Assembly (NCBI GenBank): GCA_951406725.2
Contig: OX597825.1
Coordinates: 68,386,001-68,450,000 of the forward strand
Reading direction: 5' to 3'
Length of the DNA: 64,000 nucleotides
From: Octopus vulgaris
Lineage: Eukaryota
Both the position numbers and the translations under genes were made by a program. Under the pieces are notes generated by a model, which ran no database searches, was not told where the DNA came from, and saw nothing but the letters and a program-made list of their open reading frames with translations. Positions 12,306 through 25,256 of this stretch are shown here, piece by piece. Position 1 is the first letter of the stretch. Every line of letters starts with the position of its first letter.

Positions 12306-13387
12306 TTAGATTATTATTATTATTATTATTATTATTATCATTATCATCATCATTATTATTATTATTATCATTATCATCATCATTATTATTATTATTATTA
12401 TTATCATCCCTCTCTCTCTTTCGGAGAGGCACTGAGCAGCTATACGCACACATACACACATGGCAGTAACTTCCACCTACCGAATTCAATCACAAAGCTT
12501 CGGTTGGCTCGGGGCTATAGTGGAAGACACCTACCCAAAGTGCCGCGCAGTGGGACTGAACCCGAAACCATGTAGCTAGGAAGCAAGCTCCCTAACCACA
12601 CAGCTTTATCATCATTATCATCATCATCATCATCATCATTATTATTATTATCATCATTATCATCATCATCATTATTATTATTATCATCATTATCATCATC
12701 ATCATCATCATCATCATTATTATTATTATTATTTTACTTTTTTCTTTTTCAAACTGAACAGAAGTTCACAGACTGTGAAATAGATTAGTAATAAAACTGC
12801 TCCTAAAGAAAAAAAAAAAACTAAATAAAAAAAACCAAAAACAACAGAACTAAACACAATAGAATCAGAAGCACTGAATCAGCTGACTGAATAAGCAAAG
12901 AATAAATCAGGTTCTTAGTTTTCCCAAACAGAAACCCAAAAGGTCATTATGTAGGTCAGAGTGTTCAGACACCAAATGATGTCACAAGCCTTGTTTGTCT
13001 CCCCCAAACAATAGAATAATAGACTAAAGGGAGTGGGGAGGATATTTAAAGGCAGGAGCTATTGTGCTTCTTACATAGCTTGTATGAGTGTGTGTGTGTG
13101 TGTGTGTGCACGAATAGGAGCTCACTTTCCAAGTTTATTGCAGAATAACTTGGCTTTGCTTGGTCCCAGTTTGTTATCAAATTAAGATACTTTATACAAG
13201 ATCCCTGTTAGTAATTTCGGAAGCTACTTCAGTTTTAATTCCTACCAAATGGTTCCAGGTTCAGTCCCACTGCTTGGCAACTTGGGCAAGTATCTTTTAC
13301 CATAGCCAAGGACCAACCAAGGCTTTGTAAGTGGATTTGGTAGATGGAAACTGAAAGAAGACATCATATATACATATCTCTCTCTCA

Positions 13388-13795
13388 CTTTCTCTTTACT
13401 CTTTTACATGTTTCAGTCATTTGACTGTGGCCATGCAGGAGCACTGCCTTTAGTCAAACAAATCGACCCCAAGACTTATTCTTTGTAAGCCTAGTACTTA
13501 TTCTATCTGTCTTTTTTGCTGAACTGCTAAGTTACGGAGACGTAAGCACACCAGCATCAGTTGTCAAGCGATGTTGGAGGGACAAACACAGACACACAAA
13601 CATATACACACACATACACATATATATACATATGATGGGCTTCTTTCAGTTTCCGTCTACCAAATCCACTCACAATGCTTTGGTCGGTCCAAGGCTAAAG
13701 TAGAAGACACTTGCCCAAGGTGCCACGCAGTGGGACTGAATTCGGAACTATGTGGTTCGTAAGCAAGCTACTTACCGCACAGCCACTCCTATGCC
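13388..13795 (-). mobile_element. tRNA-derived SINE family A
   Basis: Reverse complement of the consensus at 19394-19808. Confidence 0.88.
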
Positions 13796-14512
13796 TATAT
13801 ATATGTACATATGTGTGTGTGTGTGTGTGTGTGTGTCATTGTGTATGTGATTGTCTCCCACCATGGCTTGTCAACTGGTATTGATTTGCTTAGGTTCCTG
13901 TAACTTAACAGTTTAGCAAGAGATTTTTTTTTTCAGTCATTATACCGTGGCCATGCTGGAGCACTGCCTTAAAAAGTTTTTAGTCAAACAAATCAACTCC
14001 AGAAATTTTTTTTTTTTTGTTTTAAAGCCTGGTTACTTATTCTATCAGTCTCTCTTGCTGAACTGCTAGGTTACAGGGACATAAACACACCAACACCAGT
14101 TGCCAAGCAGTGGTGGGGGACAAACACAAAGACACACACACATACACATGTATGAAAGGTTTCTTTCAGTTTCTTTCGAACAAATCCACTCACAAGGCTT
14201 TGGTCAGCCCAAGGTTATAAAGGACACTTGTGCAAGGTGCCATGCAGTGGGACTGAACCCAGAACCATGTGGTTGGGAAGCAAGCTTCTTACCACAAGCA
14301 ATTGTATTCTAAAAAATCATAAAAAAATCTTATGCATTGTAGAAGTATAAGTGATTTATTGCGCATAATTTTTAACAGCAAAATCTTACAAGGAACCTCA
14401 AGGGCCATTTGGACCCCAGTTGAGAACCACTGTTTTAGACAAATAACCATCTAACCCATGCCAGCATTGAAAGCAGACATTAAATGATGATGACGAACTA
14501 CAGTTCCACATA

Positions 14513-14687
14513 CAGGTTGTCCACAAATTATCTTTACAACTTCCACAATTTTCAGTATCTGTTTATTGAGTGCAACTAACAGAGCCTGCATGGAAGTGTT
14601 CTGATATTTCTAATAAAATTTTATTTGCTCATTTTTTCCAGCTTTTCTGAATTTTTCAAATTGTAAACATAATTTATAGACACCCTG
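14513..14687. mobile_element. Tc1/mariner-type MITE with TA target duplication
   Basis: ta|caggttgtccacaaattat ... ataatttatagacaccctg|ta imperfect TIRs. Confidence 0.75.
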
Positions 14688-14689
14688 TA

Positions 14690-15015
14690 TTTAGAAGCAT
14701 AGCTACAGGTCTACATAATTAGAATGTATAACCCTTGTTCTGTACATTTAGGTAAATGCCTAGTTCTGTGTGTTCAAGTGTATAGCCACACTTCTCTATA
14801 TTTAGACATACAGCCTCAGCTCTCTCTATATTTTTGAACAGGGCCACAGTTCTATATATTTAGATGTACAACCACAATCTTATGCATTTAGATATATACC
14901 TACAATTTTCTATGTTTAGACATGTAGCCAAAATTCTATACATTTAGGCATATAGCCATAGTTCTACATACTTAGGTGTGTTGCCAAAATGCTGCTACAT
15001 TTACACATGTAGCAG
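14690..15015. repeat. Degenerate 28-bp minisatellite (about TTTAGACATATAGCCACAGTTCTATATA, roughly 11 units)
   Basis: tttag recurs at about 28-nt spacing with conserved agcca/gttcta. Confidence 0.8.
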
Positions 15016-15490
15016 CACATAAAAGAGTTAAACGAAGAACAGACTGGAATAACAAAGCACATTAACAATAAAATACAGTTAATGCTTCTAATGTAAAAAG
15101 TTATTGTATCTAAATAATTACATAAATTTATTTATATACTGCATGTTAAAAAATGTTGCAGTAGTAATTATACACACAATATAAGATAATTATGATAACA
15201 ATATAAAAGATAATAATAGAACATAATAGACTTATCGTTTATGAGACCAAACAGATGTCCATATATCATACATAGAATGGTACGGTGATAGTTTGCTGTG
15301 GTGACAGGCCTCAGCAAGACAGTTCCCAAATATAATTATTTCTTCACAAGTCTTATGCTATGTATCTCAGCCTAACATTATATTCTGAGTATTTCTAATT
15401 AATTACTCTGCCGATGCCACAAAATAGAAATTCCAAAATGAAGCAAGACCAAAATGGAATGAAGAGAAAACAAACAACTCAACATACAAA

Positions 15491-15690
15491 ACGATGTTGA
15501 AAAGTTCCTGGCTTTGGTTAAAAGAAATTAATTAAGATTTTATTCAGCATATTCTCCTCTCAGATTCATACCCTTATTGCAGCTGCCCTTCAGTTTTTCT
15601 AAGCCCTAAAAAAGAACTTGGAAGGTTGGACCCCCAACCAGGCCTTTTGTGAAAGCCTTAAAGCCAGGAACTCTTCAGCACCCACTCATA
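15491..15690 (-). mobile_element. Non-autonomous mariner element; second copy at about 48200-48385 (+)
   Basis: TIRs gaaaagttcctggcttt / aaagccaggaactcttca; the interior retains a mariner C-terminal remnant (GLDKLKDRC...GEYTE*). Confidence 0.75.
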
Positions 15691-15742
15691 ATGGAAACAT
15701 TAGAAAAAGGGTTTTGATCCCCAGTAAAGAAATATTTCTCAC

Positions 15743-15902
15743 CAGAATTTCCTTCTTTTGACTTTATGCTTGTGATTTGCTGCGGCGTTCTTGGGTCAAT
15801 AAAGGTGACATGAGCTTGCGATCCGACTGCATACATTTGCCTTTCGTTGCAGTATGTCATGCAGACTGGCTCTCGGAAATGGGGTAAAGATAACTGTAAC
15901 AC
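15743..15902 (-). CDS. DCAF12: DCAF12 coding exon 6 (VLQLSLPHFREPVC...YAVGSQAHVTFIDPR...SG)
   Basis: Near-identical to DCAF12 YAVGSQAHVSFLDPR. Acceptor tttgctag, donor GTGAGA, 160 nt, phase 0/1. Confidence 0.95.
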
Positions 15903-16666
15903 CTAGCAAATATATGTTTAGGGGGAACATAGCTAGTATATCGGAAATTAAACAGCTGACATAGAGTCAGGAGAATACTATGGTAAGCAAACAAAAATTG
16001 GCCAGAATTTATAATGACAAACACCTACCTGACTTGTTTTTGCAGACAGATCACACTCAGGCTGCAGTTTGTGCACACAGTTTCCCGGGACGGCCTCAAT
16101 CTTCAAGTTGATTTATCAGATATTCGGCTGCTGCCTGCCAAGCAGCACTGGCTGCTCATATCCTGACTGATTAGACACCAGTTCTTTCGAGGTCTTTGAA
16201 AGCGGCGCTCCACACCAGTCAGTCCTGGCCAGGAACGGACTTCCACCTGATAGTGTGGATGGGGTAAATAAAAACCTTTTGCTTTCTCAGAGCTTCAAGG
16301 TCTGCATTATCAGACTTTCAAAACTCTGGAAACGGCAGAGGTAATGAAGTAGCTACCATAACACTTGGACAATTAATAACGTTATGGTTTTAATGATGAT
16401 GCAGTTTGAAGAGAAAAAAAAAAGTAACAGGATAGAAAAAAAAAAGAAACAAAAAATACATCAAAACATTATTTTTGATATAACTACTAAGAAATTAAGT
16501 AGCAACAATGAACAGTCCCCGAATAGCTAATGTTTCATCTAAATTAGCGAAAGACACAAGAAACGTCTCCCTCTGAGGTCATTGTCAATGGTAACCTACT
16601 GTGTGTGGAAGAATTAGGATTGGAGTGGATATTTGCACTCCAAATAGAGAGTGGCAGTGACATTAC

Positions 16667-16729
16667 CTGTTTAGTTCTGTTCATATCCCACGTTTGAAAA
16701 TATTCATTGAGCGAACTCAACGCAAGCTC
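16667..16729 (-). CDS. DCAF12: DCAF12 coding exon 5 (ELALSSLNEYFQTWDMNRTKQ)
   Basis: Matches ELGAVSLDGYFHLW. Acceptor ttgcag, donor GTAATG, 63 nt, phase 0/0. Confidence 0.9.
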
Positions 16730-16809
16730 CTGCAAGAGAAAATGAAAATCAACTGTCAGGAATAGAAAGGGAGGTAATTCTGATTTTGCAATAAGTTCAG
16801 ATAAACAGG

Positions 16810-17640
16810 CAGAGAAAGGGGGAAAAAAAGAAGCAAGCAGAGTATTGAGAAACAGAGAGAGAGAAATATAGAGAAGAGACAGGTATGGCATTGAGAAACA
16901 GAGAAGTGGAGAGAAGAAACAGGATGGACATCGAAAGTTAGAGATGGGGGTCAGAGAAGGTATTGAGAGAGGGAGAAGGGGAGCAGAATGAAGGGACAGG
17001 GAAGGCTTTAAAAGATAACTACAGAGAAGAGACAGAGTGGAGTACCAGTGGAGTCTCATTGGGAACCTCAAGGTCATTGGGTTCCTTATGGGTATGCAAG
17101 TGGGTTTCACAAAGTGGTGTTGCTTTCTCTGTCTCTGGGACAGTCAGGCTGTGTCCAAGCACTACATTGAGAGATAGACTGAGGCATAGAAGAAACACTG
17201 AAGGTAATGAGACAGAAAGAGAAAAAGGGACAAGAAACTGAGAGGACATCAGGAAACAGATGGAGATAGAGAGATGAGAGAAGAGACAGGGAAACTTTTA
17301 AGAGACAGAGAGGGCATTGAAAGATAGATTGAGAGATAAAAGGAACACTGAAGGCAATAAGATAGGGAGAGAAAACAGAGAGGGCATCAAGAAATAGATG
17401 GAGACAGAGGGGATACTGAAAGATAGAGGGACACAGAAAGGGCATTGAGGGATAGAGAAGGGGTCAGAGAGAAGCGACAGAAAGGGCATTGAGGGATAGA
17501 GGAGGGGACAAAGAGAAGAGACAGTAAAAGCTTTAAGAGACAGAGAATTACAGAGATAGGCAGAAAACCAGAGAGAAAGATTGGTGCATTGAGAGACTGC
17601 TAGATAGATAATGGCATACAGAGAAAAAAGAAGAGAGAAA
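16810..17640. repeat. Degenerate purine-rich tandem repeat (GGCATTGAGAGATAGAG-like) filling DCAF12 intron 4
   Basis: Recurrent ggcattgag / ggacatc / aacactgaagg motifs in a GA-rich background. Confidence 0.7.
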
Positions 17641-17725
17641 AACATAGACAAAGAAAGATGAAGGAATGATGCCTCAGTAAAATGTTTTTTTTGTCTGGAT
17701 ATAAGTGGAGGAGCGGACAAATTAC

Positions 17726-17886
17726 CTGTCGTCCTTTACAGTAAGCGAATGACCGGATTTTCTCAGCTGAACCACATCTTTTGATACATTCGGGTGAAAT
17801 ATGGGAATAGCGAGGTGGTAATGCATTGTACATCTCTGTATTTTGTTCCTTTATCTTCCATATAGCAATCGTGCTGTCTTTGGAGC
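17726..17886 (-). CDS. DCAF12: DCAF12 coding exon 4 (GSKDSTIAIWKI...KIRSFAYCKGRQ)
   Basis: Matches GSRDGSMGLW...KVRALAF. Acceptor ctttgtgtag, donor GTAATT, 161 nt, phase 1/0. Confidence 0.92.
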
Positions 17887-17947
17887 CTACACAAAGGGAG
17901 AAAAAGAAACAAAAAAAAAACATTCAAATATTCAAATACATAAATTA

Positions 17948-18766
17948 TATGAACAAGGTACTTCTTCTTCCTCCTCTTCATATCAAGCTTGGTTTAATGA
18001 AAAATTTGGTGAAGGCCATGGACAAAACTGGCACTGCCTTCCAACACTGTTCCCAACTCTGAGTTCTGCTAAGCTCAAGGAGGGCATCTTTGTTGGACCT
18101 CAGATCTAAGAGGTGTTGAAGGATAAGGACTCTGAGGAGCTTCTTACTTTAAAGGAATTGAGAGCAGGGGAAGCATTTAAGTCAGTCTGCCATGGCTTCC
18201 TTGGTAACACACAGGTACTAGATTACCAAGAGTGTACCGAGAAGTTGTTACAGTCTTATGAGGATGTGGGATGCTGAATGCCACTCAAAATTCACTTTCT
18301 CCATTCCCACCTCAACTTCATCCCTCCGAAGCTCAGAGCAGGTTCCAACAAAATATGACTAACATGGAGAGCAACTACCAAAACAAGAAGTGGAACCCCA
18401 GCATGATGGGAGATTTTAGCTGGATGCTCTTGCATGACATCCCAAAGGCAAAGTACATGAGATTGTCTAAAAACAAACTCACTTCTGTCTGCTATACTAT
18501 GATTTGTGTGTATTGTTCTGTATCTATGCTGTTTTTTGTTTTTTTTTTGCTGTAATATGCCTTTGTAACAGATGAAATAAACACATATTTTGAATTTATA
18601 TGCAGTATATCTAAAATGGGATATGTGAAAGCAAAAAAAAAAAACTAGAGATGAAAAGAACAAAACTGTTCAGAAAATTGAATTCACCACATAAAAATTA
18701 GTAAAAAAAAGCCTATTCACACCCTTGCTGCAGAGCAAATAAAAAAACAATTTTTGCAAACCAGTG
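17948..18766 (+). mobile_element. Chapaev3-like (CMC superfamily) DNA transposon 3' half, decayed
   Basis: LPPLHIKLGLMKNLVKAMDK, SAKLKEGIFVGPQI, LKIHFLHSHL, RFQQ...MESNYQ...WNPSMMGDFSW; terminus ...ccagtg|tta (CAC-type TIR, TWA site). Family name is from recall. Confidence 0.7.
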
Positions 18767-19089
18767 TTATTAGAGATCAAGTACACTTTGGTGAAATTTT
18801 CAATGGGGCTTTGTACACAAAGGTCCATTATATTGACAATAAAGAGTTTAGATGTTTGAAATAATTGGTTTCTATTTTCAAATTGTTGATACTGTAGCAC
18901 TGCTCTTTACAGAAATATGTTGATTATCTGCTAAAACTGTCCTCTATAAACGTCATTTTAGTGTTCAAGAGGAATGAAATAGTTCTTTCTAAAACTTTTT
19001 GGCACAAAACCAGCGATTTTTGAGAAGAGGAAGTCATTTCCAACAACTGGTAATTACACATTTATACATATGTATGTATGTATGCATGC

Positions 19090-19152
<63 letters not shown>

Positions 19153-19169
19153 TATATATATACATGCAC

Positions 19170-19252
<83 letters not shown>

Positions 19253-19259
19253 CATGCAC

Positions 19260-19327
<68 letters not shown>

Positions 19328-19355
19328 GCACATATATATACATATATATATATAC

Positions 19356-19390
<35 letters not shown>

Positions 19391-19393
19391 TAT

Positions 19394-19808
19394 GGCACAG
19401 GAGTGGCTGTGTGGTTAGTAGCTTGCTTACCAACCACATGGTTCCGGGTTCATTCCCACTGTATGGCACCTTGAGCAAGTGTCTTCTACTATAGCCTCAT
19501 GCCGATGAAAGCTTTGTGAGTGGATTTGGTAGACGGAAAGAAGCCCGTTGTATATATGTGTGTATATATATGTGTGTGTGTGTGTATATATATATGTGTG
19601 TGTTAGTGTGTCTGTCCCCCCAACATCACTTGACAACCGATGTTGGTGTGTTTACATCTCCCGTAACTTAGCGGTTCGGCAAAAGAGACTGATAGAATAA
19701 GTACTAGGCTTCCAAAGAATAAGTCCTGGGGTCGATTTGCTCGACTAAAGGCGGTGCTCCAGCATGGCCACAGTCAAATGACTGAAACAAGTAAAAGAAT
19801 AAAGAGAG
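19394..19808 (+). mobile_element. tRNA-derived SINE family A, full length with an internal (TA/TG)n tract. About 20 copies or fragments in the window, including 20780-21200(-), 33398-33785(-), 41853-42289(-), 42617-42945(+), 43258-43698(-), 47624-48088(+), 56255-56645(+), 57303-57525(-)
   Basis: Pol III A box (tggctgtgtggt) and B box (gggttcagtccc), conserved body, gtaaaagag tail; many highly similar copies. Confidence 0.9.
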
Positions 19809-21002
19809 TATATTCAGAATAGGGGCTTATTCATACTAATAGCTTCATATTAACAGCCTGATATTTCTCTAAAACACCATTGTCTTCACAGACCCCTTTT
19901 GTCTTTACACTGGCAGAAGTTAATTAGTATTGTGATATTGCGATAACTAATTACTTTCGAAGGGCTTGGGTATTGCCCCTTCCTCAAGAACTAGCAAACA
20001 TCAAAACAAAAACAAAGGAAGAACAGCAGTACATGTGCACTCAGCTATTGCACCACTACACCAAACATTACTCTCCTGCGTTACTCCTCTCTCCCACCTC
20101 TTCCTCTCCGTCTCTCTTGCATAAACACACACACACGAAATAACAAACCAGATGGAAGAACACAATACATAATAGACTTAAACAAAACAAACAGAAAAAT
20201 AATCAATATTTTGATTGTCGAAACGTGTCAGATAACCTATTAATCTTTCATTGACATTTCTTTCTGGAACTGGTTGTATCAACCGATTAGAAGTAAACTG
20301 AATCATAAGACTTGTCCCTCCTTCAAAACTTCCATGCTTCCTGAGAATCGCCAACACTACACCTGATTTTCTCCCCTCCATACACAGGCAAGCATGTATC
20401 TGACTCATACACTGTTCACTTCCCAGATATTTGTACATTACTGCATATGCTTTATACGCACTTTTGACAAGTTGTGGTGCACCTGAGCACTGTATACAAT
20501 AATTTCATTATTATTATTATCATCATCATCATTTTAATGTCCACTTTCCCATGCTTACATGGGTCAGATGGACTTTGCTGAGGCAGATTTTCTGCACCTG
20601 AATGCCCTTCCTGTTGCCAATGCTCAGTTTCCAATTAAGGTAATATATTTCCCCATTGCCAGACATGTTTTTCATGGAGGACTGGAAACAAACGACACTG
20701 TTTACGTGACCATAACATTTGTTTAGAAATATTGCATGAAGTCAAGGCAAGGAAAGATAGACACACAGACAGACATATACTTTTATTCTTATACTTGTTT
20801 CAGTCATTTAAATGGCAACCATGCTGGAGCACTGCTTTGAAGCATTTAAGTCAAACAAACTGACCCCAGGACTGATTTTTTTTAAGCCTAGTACTTATTT
20901 TATTGGTCTCTTCTGCTGAACTGCTAAGTTACAGTGATATAAACACACCAACACCAGTTGTCAAGCAGTGATGGGGTGGGGACAAACATAGACACTAAGA
21001 TA

Positions 21003-21039
<37 letters not shown>

Positions 21040-21224
21040 GACATACAATTGGCTTCTTTCAGTTTTCATCTATCAAATCTACTCACAAGGACAGCCTGAG
21101 GCTATAGTAAAAGGCACTTGGTCAAGATGCCATGCAGTGGGACTGAACCTGGAACCATGTGGTTGGGAAGCAAGCTTCTTAGCACACAGTTACACCTGTA
21201 CCTATGTGCATGTGTATGTATGTA

Positions 21225-21308
<84 letters not shown>

Positions 21309-21442
21309 CCTGGTAATCATAGTGGCATGAAATTTGAGTCACAAGATAAACTCAGCTTCAGGTGAAATAAAAAACTATATCATCTACATGCATTGAGTAA
21401 TCCTTTCTCATTTGTTCAACACGAAGCAACATATATACATGC

Positions 21443-21473
<31 letters not shown>

Positions 21474-23463
21474 ATCCAAACAAGAAAGCACAAAAAAACA
21501 CAACAACGCGAGGACATGGAACAAATATAGTATTATTGGACACTCAGGAAAGAAGGAGGGTTTAACATTTCAAGCGGAGCTCTTCGTTGGAAACATAGGA
21601 GAAGGAAAGATCCAGAGAAGGGAAGACAGAGGGAAAAAAATCGCCAACGGTACACACGAGGTCACATTATATATATATATATATTTATATATATATGCAT
21701 GTATGTATGAAATATATACGGATGGATGTATAAATAAATATATATATATATAAAGGGCTTCTTTCAGTTTCCATCTACCAAAAGCTCACAAGGCTTTGGT
21801 TGGCCCAAGACTATAATTAATGACACTCAAGGTGTCACAGAATGGAACTGAACTCAGAACTGTGTAGTTAGGAAGCAAACATCTTACCACACAAGCAAGC
21901 CTGCACCTATTTTGTTCATTCTGTATATAAAAAAACAAAAGAAACAAAGTGGGCATACATGTGTGTGTGTGGTGATGGTGGTGGCGGTGTGTATGTATGT
22001 GGTTGGGGTGTTAGCTGTACTAAAGCCAACCCAAGCTAAGACTGAGAAATCAATGAGCTTTTGTCCAAACCCACCACCATCTCATTCCCTCTTTTGTGGT
22101 TTCTCTCTCAGATGGAACGGATATATAGTAATAATGCATGAAGAGACGTGTGTGTGTGTGTGCATGTATATATATATATATATATAAAAGATGATAAAAT
22201 AGTAAAAAATAAAAGAAATGAATATGCTGGTCATGTGATTGGCGCTTAAAGCATTCACAAACAGAAGCAGCCAGAGAAAAAGGCAATGAGAAAAAACAAA
22301 AATTTTGATAAAATACGAATTCTGTGTAGTTCAACAGATATCCATAACAAAAGTGTGAGACATTCTGTTGATGTTGTTTTGGTACCAGCTATTTGGCATC
22401 ATTGATTCAATTGAGACTTATTTGACATGGGATGTTTTAATGCTACTCACATCCAATTCTCCTGCCTTCTATATCTCTCACTGCTTATGTATTTGTGCAT
22501 ATTTTTCTTTAAATGCTTAAAGCAAATGACATCAAGTAGCATAGAGTTAACCATTTAGTTTCCGCATTTCTCTCGAAATACTTGACCATTGTTTCAGTTA
22601 ATTTTTCAACTTAAGAAGAATTTATCTTTTATTTTTAGCCCTGTTTCAGTCATTAGACTGCAGCCATACTGGGGCACCACCTTCAAGAATTTTTTTTTAG
22701 TCGAATGAATCAACCCCAGTACTTATTTTTTGTTTAAGCTTGTGACTTATTCTATCAGTCTCTTTTGTCGAACTGCTAAGTTACGGGTATATAAACACAC
22801 AAACATGTGTATGTTTCAGTTAACCAAATCTACTCACAAGGCTTTGGTCGTCCGAGGATACTGACACTTGCCCAAGGTGACACACAGTGGGACTGAACCC
22901 AAACCATCTCTTTCTCACCCTTCCTATCTGTATGTGTATATTTCTGTGTATGTATGTGAACACACACGTGCATGTTTGTCTTCCAATGCCAAAAAGTACC
23001 GTCACCAAAACAAGTCAGCCATGCCAAATCTTCAGCACCTGAATAGCCAAAAACTGCAGTGAATTCTTTTCATATTTTTGTATTTTTGGCATTATCACCC
23101 TTTCAACCATTTCATTACCACATTTCTGTTGTACTATACTACTTTTGTTCCAACTGATTTGGAAAATAATGCAAAATTTAGTAATACATCTTTGTTATTA
23201 AGCTGGTATTTGACACACACACATTATATATATATATGTATATATACTGTATATAAACTCTATCCTTGGAATGACCAATTTTAAATACTATTTGATTTTA
23301 CTCATAAGGTATTGGAATCATATATATACCATTCCACCTAAAAAAAAAATGGATCTATGAATACAATATCCCTACACATCTCACATCTATTTTCTTTCCT
23401 CCACCTCACTCTCTATTTTGTATCATATCTAAATTAACTATTACTTAACCATCCTCTCACACT

Positions 23464-23515
23464 GTCTCTGATGAAGGGATATAATTAATAAATATCTTGG
23501 AAACAACTGTAAGAC
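23464..23515 (+). ncRNA. Minimal type-I hammerhead ribozyme motif (Penelope-type)
   Basis: gtct CTGATGA agggatat-loop-atatcttg GAAAC aact GTA agac; stem I gtct/agac; near-palindrome ACAACTGT. Confidence 0.75.
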
Positions 23516-23584
23516 CTTCTGTCTATAAATGTTCTAAAATCTACACAGCTTTGGTTTTTTTTTTATCTCATTACGTAAAAAATT

Positions 23585-23616
<32 letters not shown>

Positions 23617-24495
23617 CATGGCTTAGAGTTTTGGGTGTTTGTAGTCATGGTGATTAAATTGTGGTTTCAATTCCTAGACTGGGTGATGCAATGTGTTTTT
23701 GAGCAAGATATTTTATTTCATGTTGTTCCAGTCTACTCTCAGCTGGCAAAAAGGAGCAATCCAGCAATGGACTGGCATTCTGTGCAGAGAGGGGATTTAT
23801 ATGCCACAGAATCTAGGAAACTAGCCTTATGAGTCTATGGCTCAGGAAGGACCTTTGATGCTTTTTTTTTTTTTTTTTTACATATGACAGACATTTGGTG
23901 ATATGCCATGCTTGAGAAGATTCGTCAAGCCAAGTGAAATCGTAGTCATGGCTAATGCTGGTGCCCTGTGCCAGTGGCATGTAAAAAACGCCCATTACAC
24001 TTTTGGAGTGGTTGGCATTAAAGAAGGGCATCCAGCCATGGAAACCATGAAATCTGGTGCAGCTCTCCAACTTATCACTTTCAGTCCAACTGTCCAATCC
24101 ATGCCAGCATGGAAAGCAGAAGCTAAATGATGATGATGACGTTAAGGATATGTGTATATCTGTGTGTATGTGTGTGCATCTCGCTATCACTTGACAACCA
24201 GTGTTGGTTTGTTTACATCCCTGTAACTTAGTGGTTAGACCAGTGGAGTAAGTACTAAACTTCAGAAAAGAAAAAAAAGTTCTGGGGGGCAGGGAGTTAA
24301 CATGTCTGACTAGAATCCTTCAAAGTGGACCCCAGCATGGCCACAGTCCAACAAGTGAAACTAGGAAAAAGAAAAGATATGCAATGTGTGAAAAAAACAA
24401 AAAAAAAAAGGACATGATGGTCATGGTCAACAGCTGGAATGCTTTTGATCATAATTGCAACCTAGGGCTAAATGAAACAACATTGGTCTACTAAC

Positions 24496-24556
24496 CTGTT
24501 ACTATTGTGTCATCCGTCAACCAAGTCATATCATAGATCCAGTCCTTATGAGCCAG
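24496..24556 (-). CDS. DCAF12: DCAF12 coding exon 3 (LAHKDWIYDMTWLTDDTIVTG), not shown in frame by the ORF track
   Basis: Hand translation matches DCAF12 [20 protein letters not shown]. Acceptor ttag, donor GTTAGT, 61 nt, phase 0/1, joins exon 4 in frame. Confidence 0.92.
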
Positions 24557-24777
24557 CTAATGAGAAAAACAAAAACAAGAAAAAAACATAAAATAGTAAA
24601 ATAAAATATGCATTTATGTTGCTGCATTTCTGCAGTATTGCACATTGTTGAACAACAATGCAGTGCTATTGTGTTTTCATTGTAGTGCAGTAGTGCACTG
24701 ATGAAAAAAATTTGGAACAGTAACAACTTTTGCATGATGTGGTTGATATCTCTAAGGAAAAAGTTACAACAGCAGAG

Positions 24778-25256
24778 TGGAGGCGCAATGGCCCAGTGGT
24801 TAGGGCAGCGGACTCGCAGTCATAAGAACGTGGTTTCAATTCTCAGACTGGGCATTGCGAGTGTTTATTGAGCAAATACACCTAAGCTCCACGAGACTCC
24901 CGTTTGAACCCCGCTGTACTCTTTCACCACAACTTTCACTCACTCTTTCTTCCTACTTCTGCTACAAAGCAGAGGAACCATAGTGTAACCCACTATGGTG
25001 GGGTAAACTTTCAGAACCTAGTCTAGATTGCGAATCCTCTGTACTCCAGAATGGTTCAGCTCTCTACCCATTAAAAGCCACCGTTTACGGAATGAGGATA
25101 ACAACATAGCTTTCGCACCTGTGCAACCGCCAGTCTATTGCATATCGCGGGTGCATCTTCAAGTTGCCACATGCATTCTTAGTAGCTTAGAGTAGGCTCG
25201 AATTAGAGATTATTCTTTGTGGCTAATGGCGTGAGTCCTGATTGGAAGAAGAAGAA
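24778..25256 (+). mobile_element. Chimeric tRNA-SINE with a (GAA)n tail and a 10-bp TSD
   Basis: Head ggcgcaatggcccagtggttagggcagcggactcgc; aacagcagag at 24768-24777 and 25257-25266. Confidence 0.75.

Noticed and set aside
14690-15015. 28-bp periodic array as a CRISPR
   Set aside because: Units are contiguous and degenerate with no unique spacers; eukaryotic context and no cas genes.
16544-17110. 188-aa ORF as an independent gene
   Set aside because: Only 21 codons (DCAF12 exon 5) are coding; the rest is CT-rich intronic repeat.
24778-24850. Functional tRNA genes at SINE heads (also 37480-37546, 59617-59680, 63540-63593)
   Set aside because: They have A/B boxes but no acceptor stem, and each continues into a SINE body.
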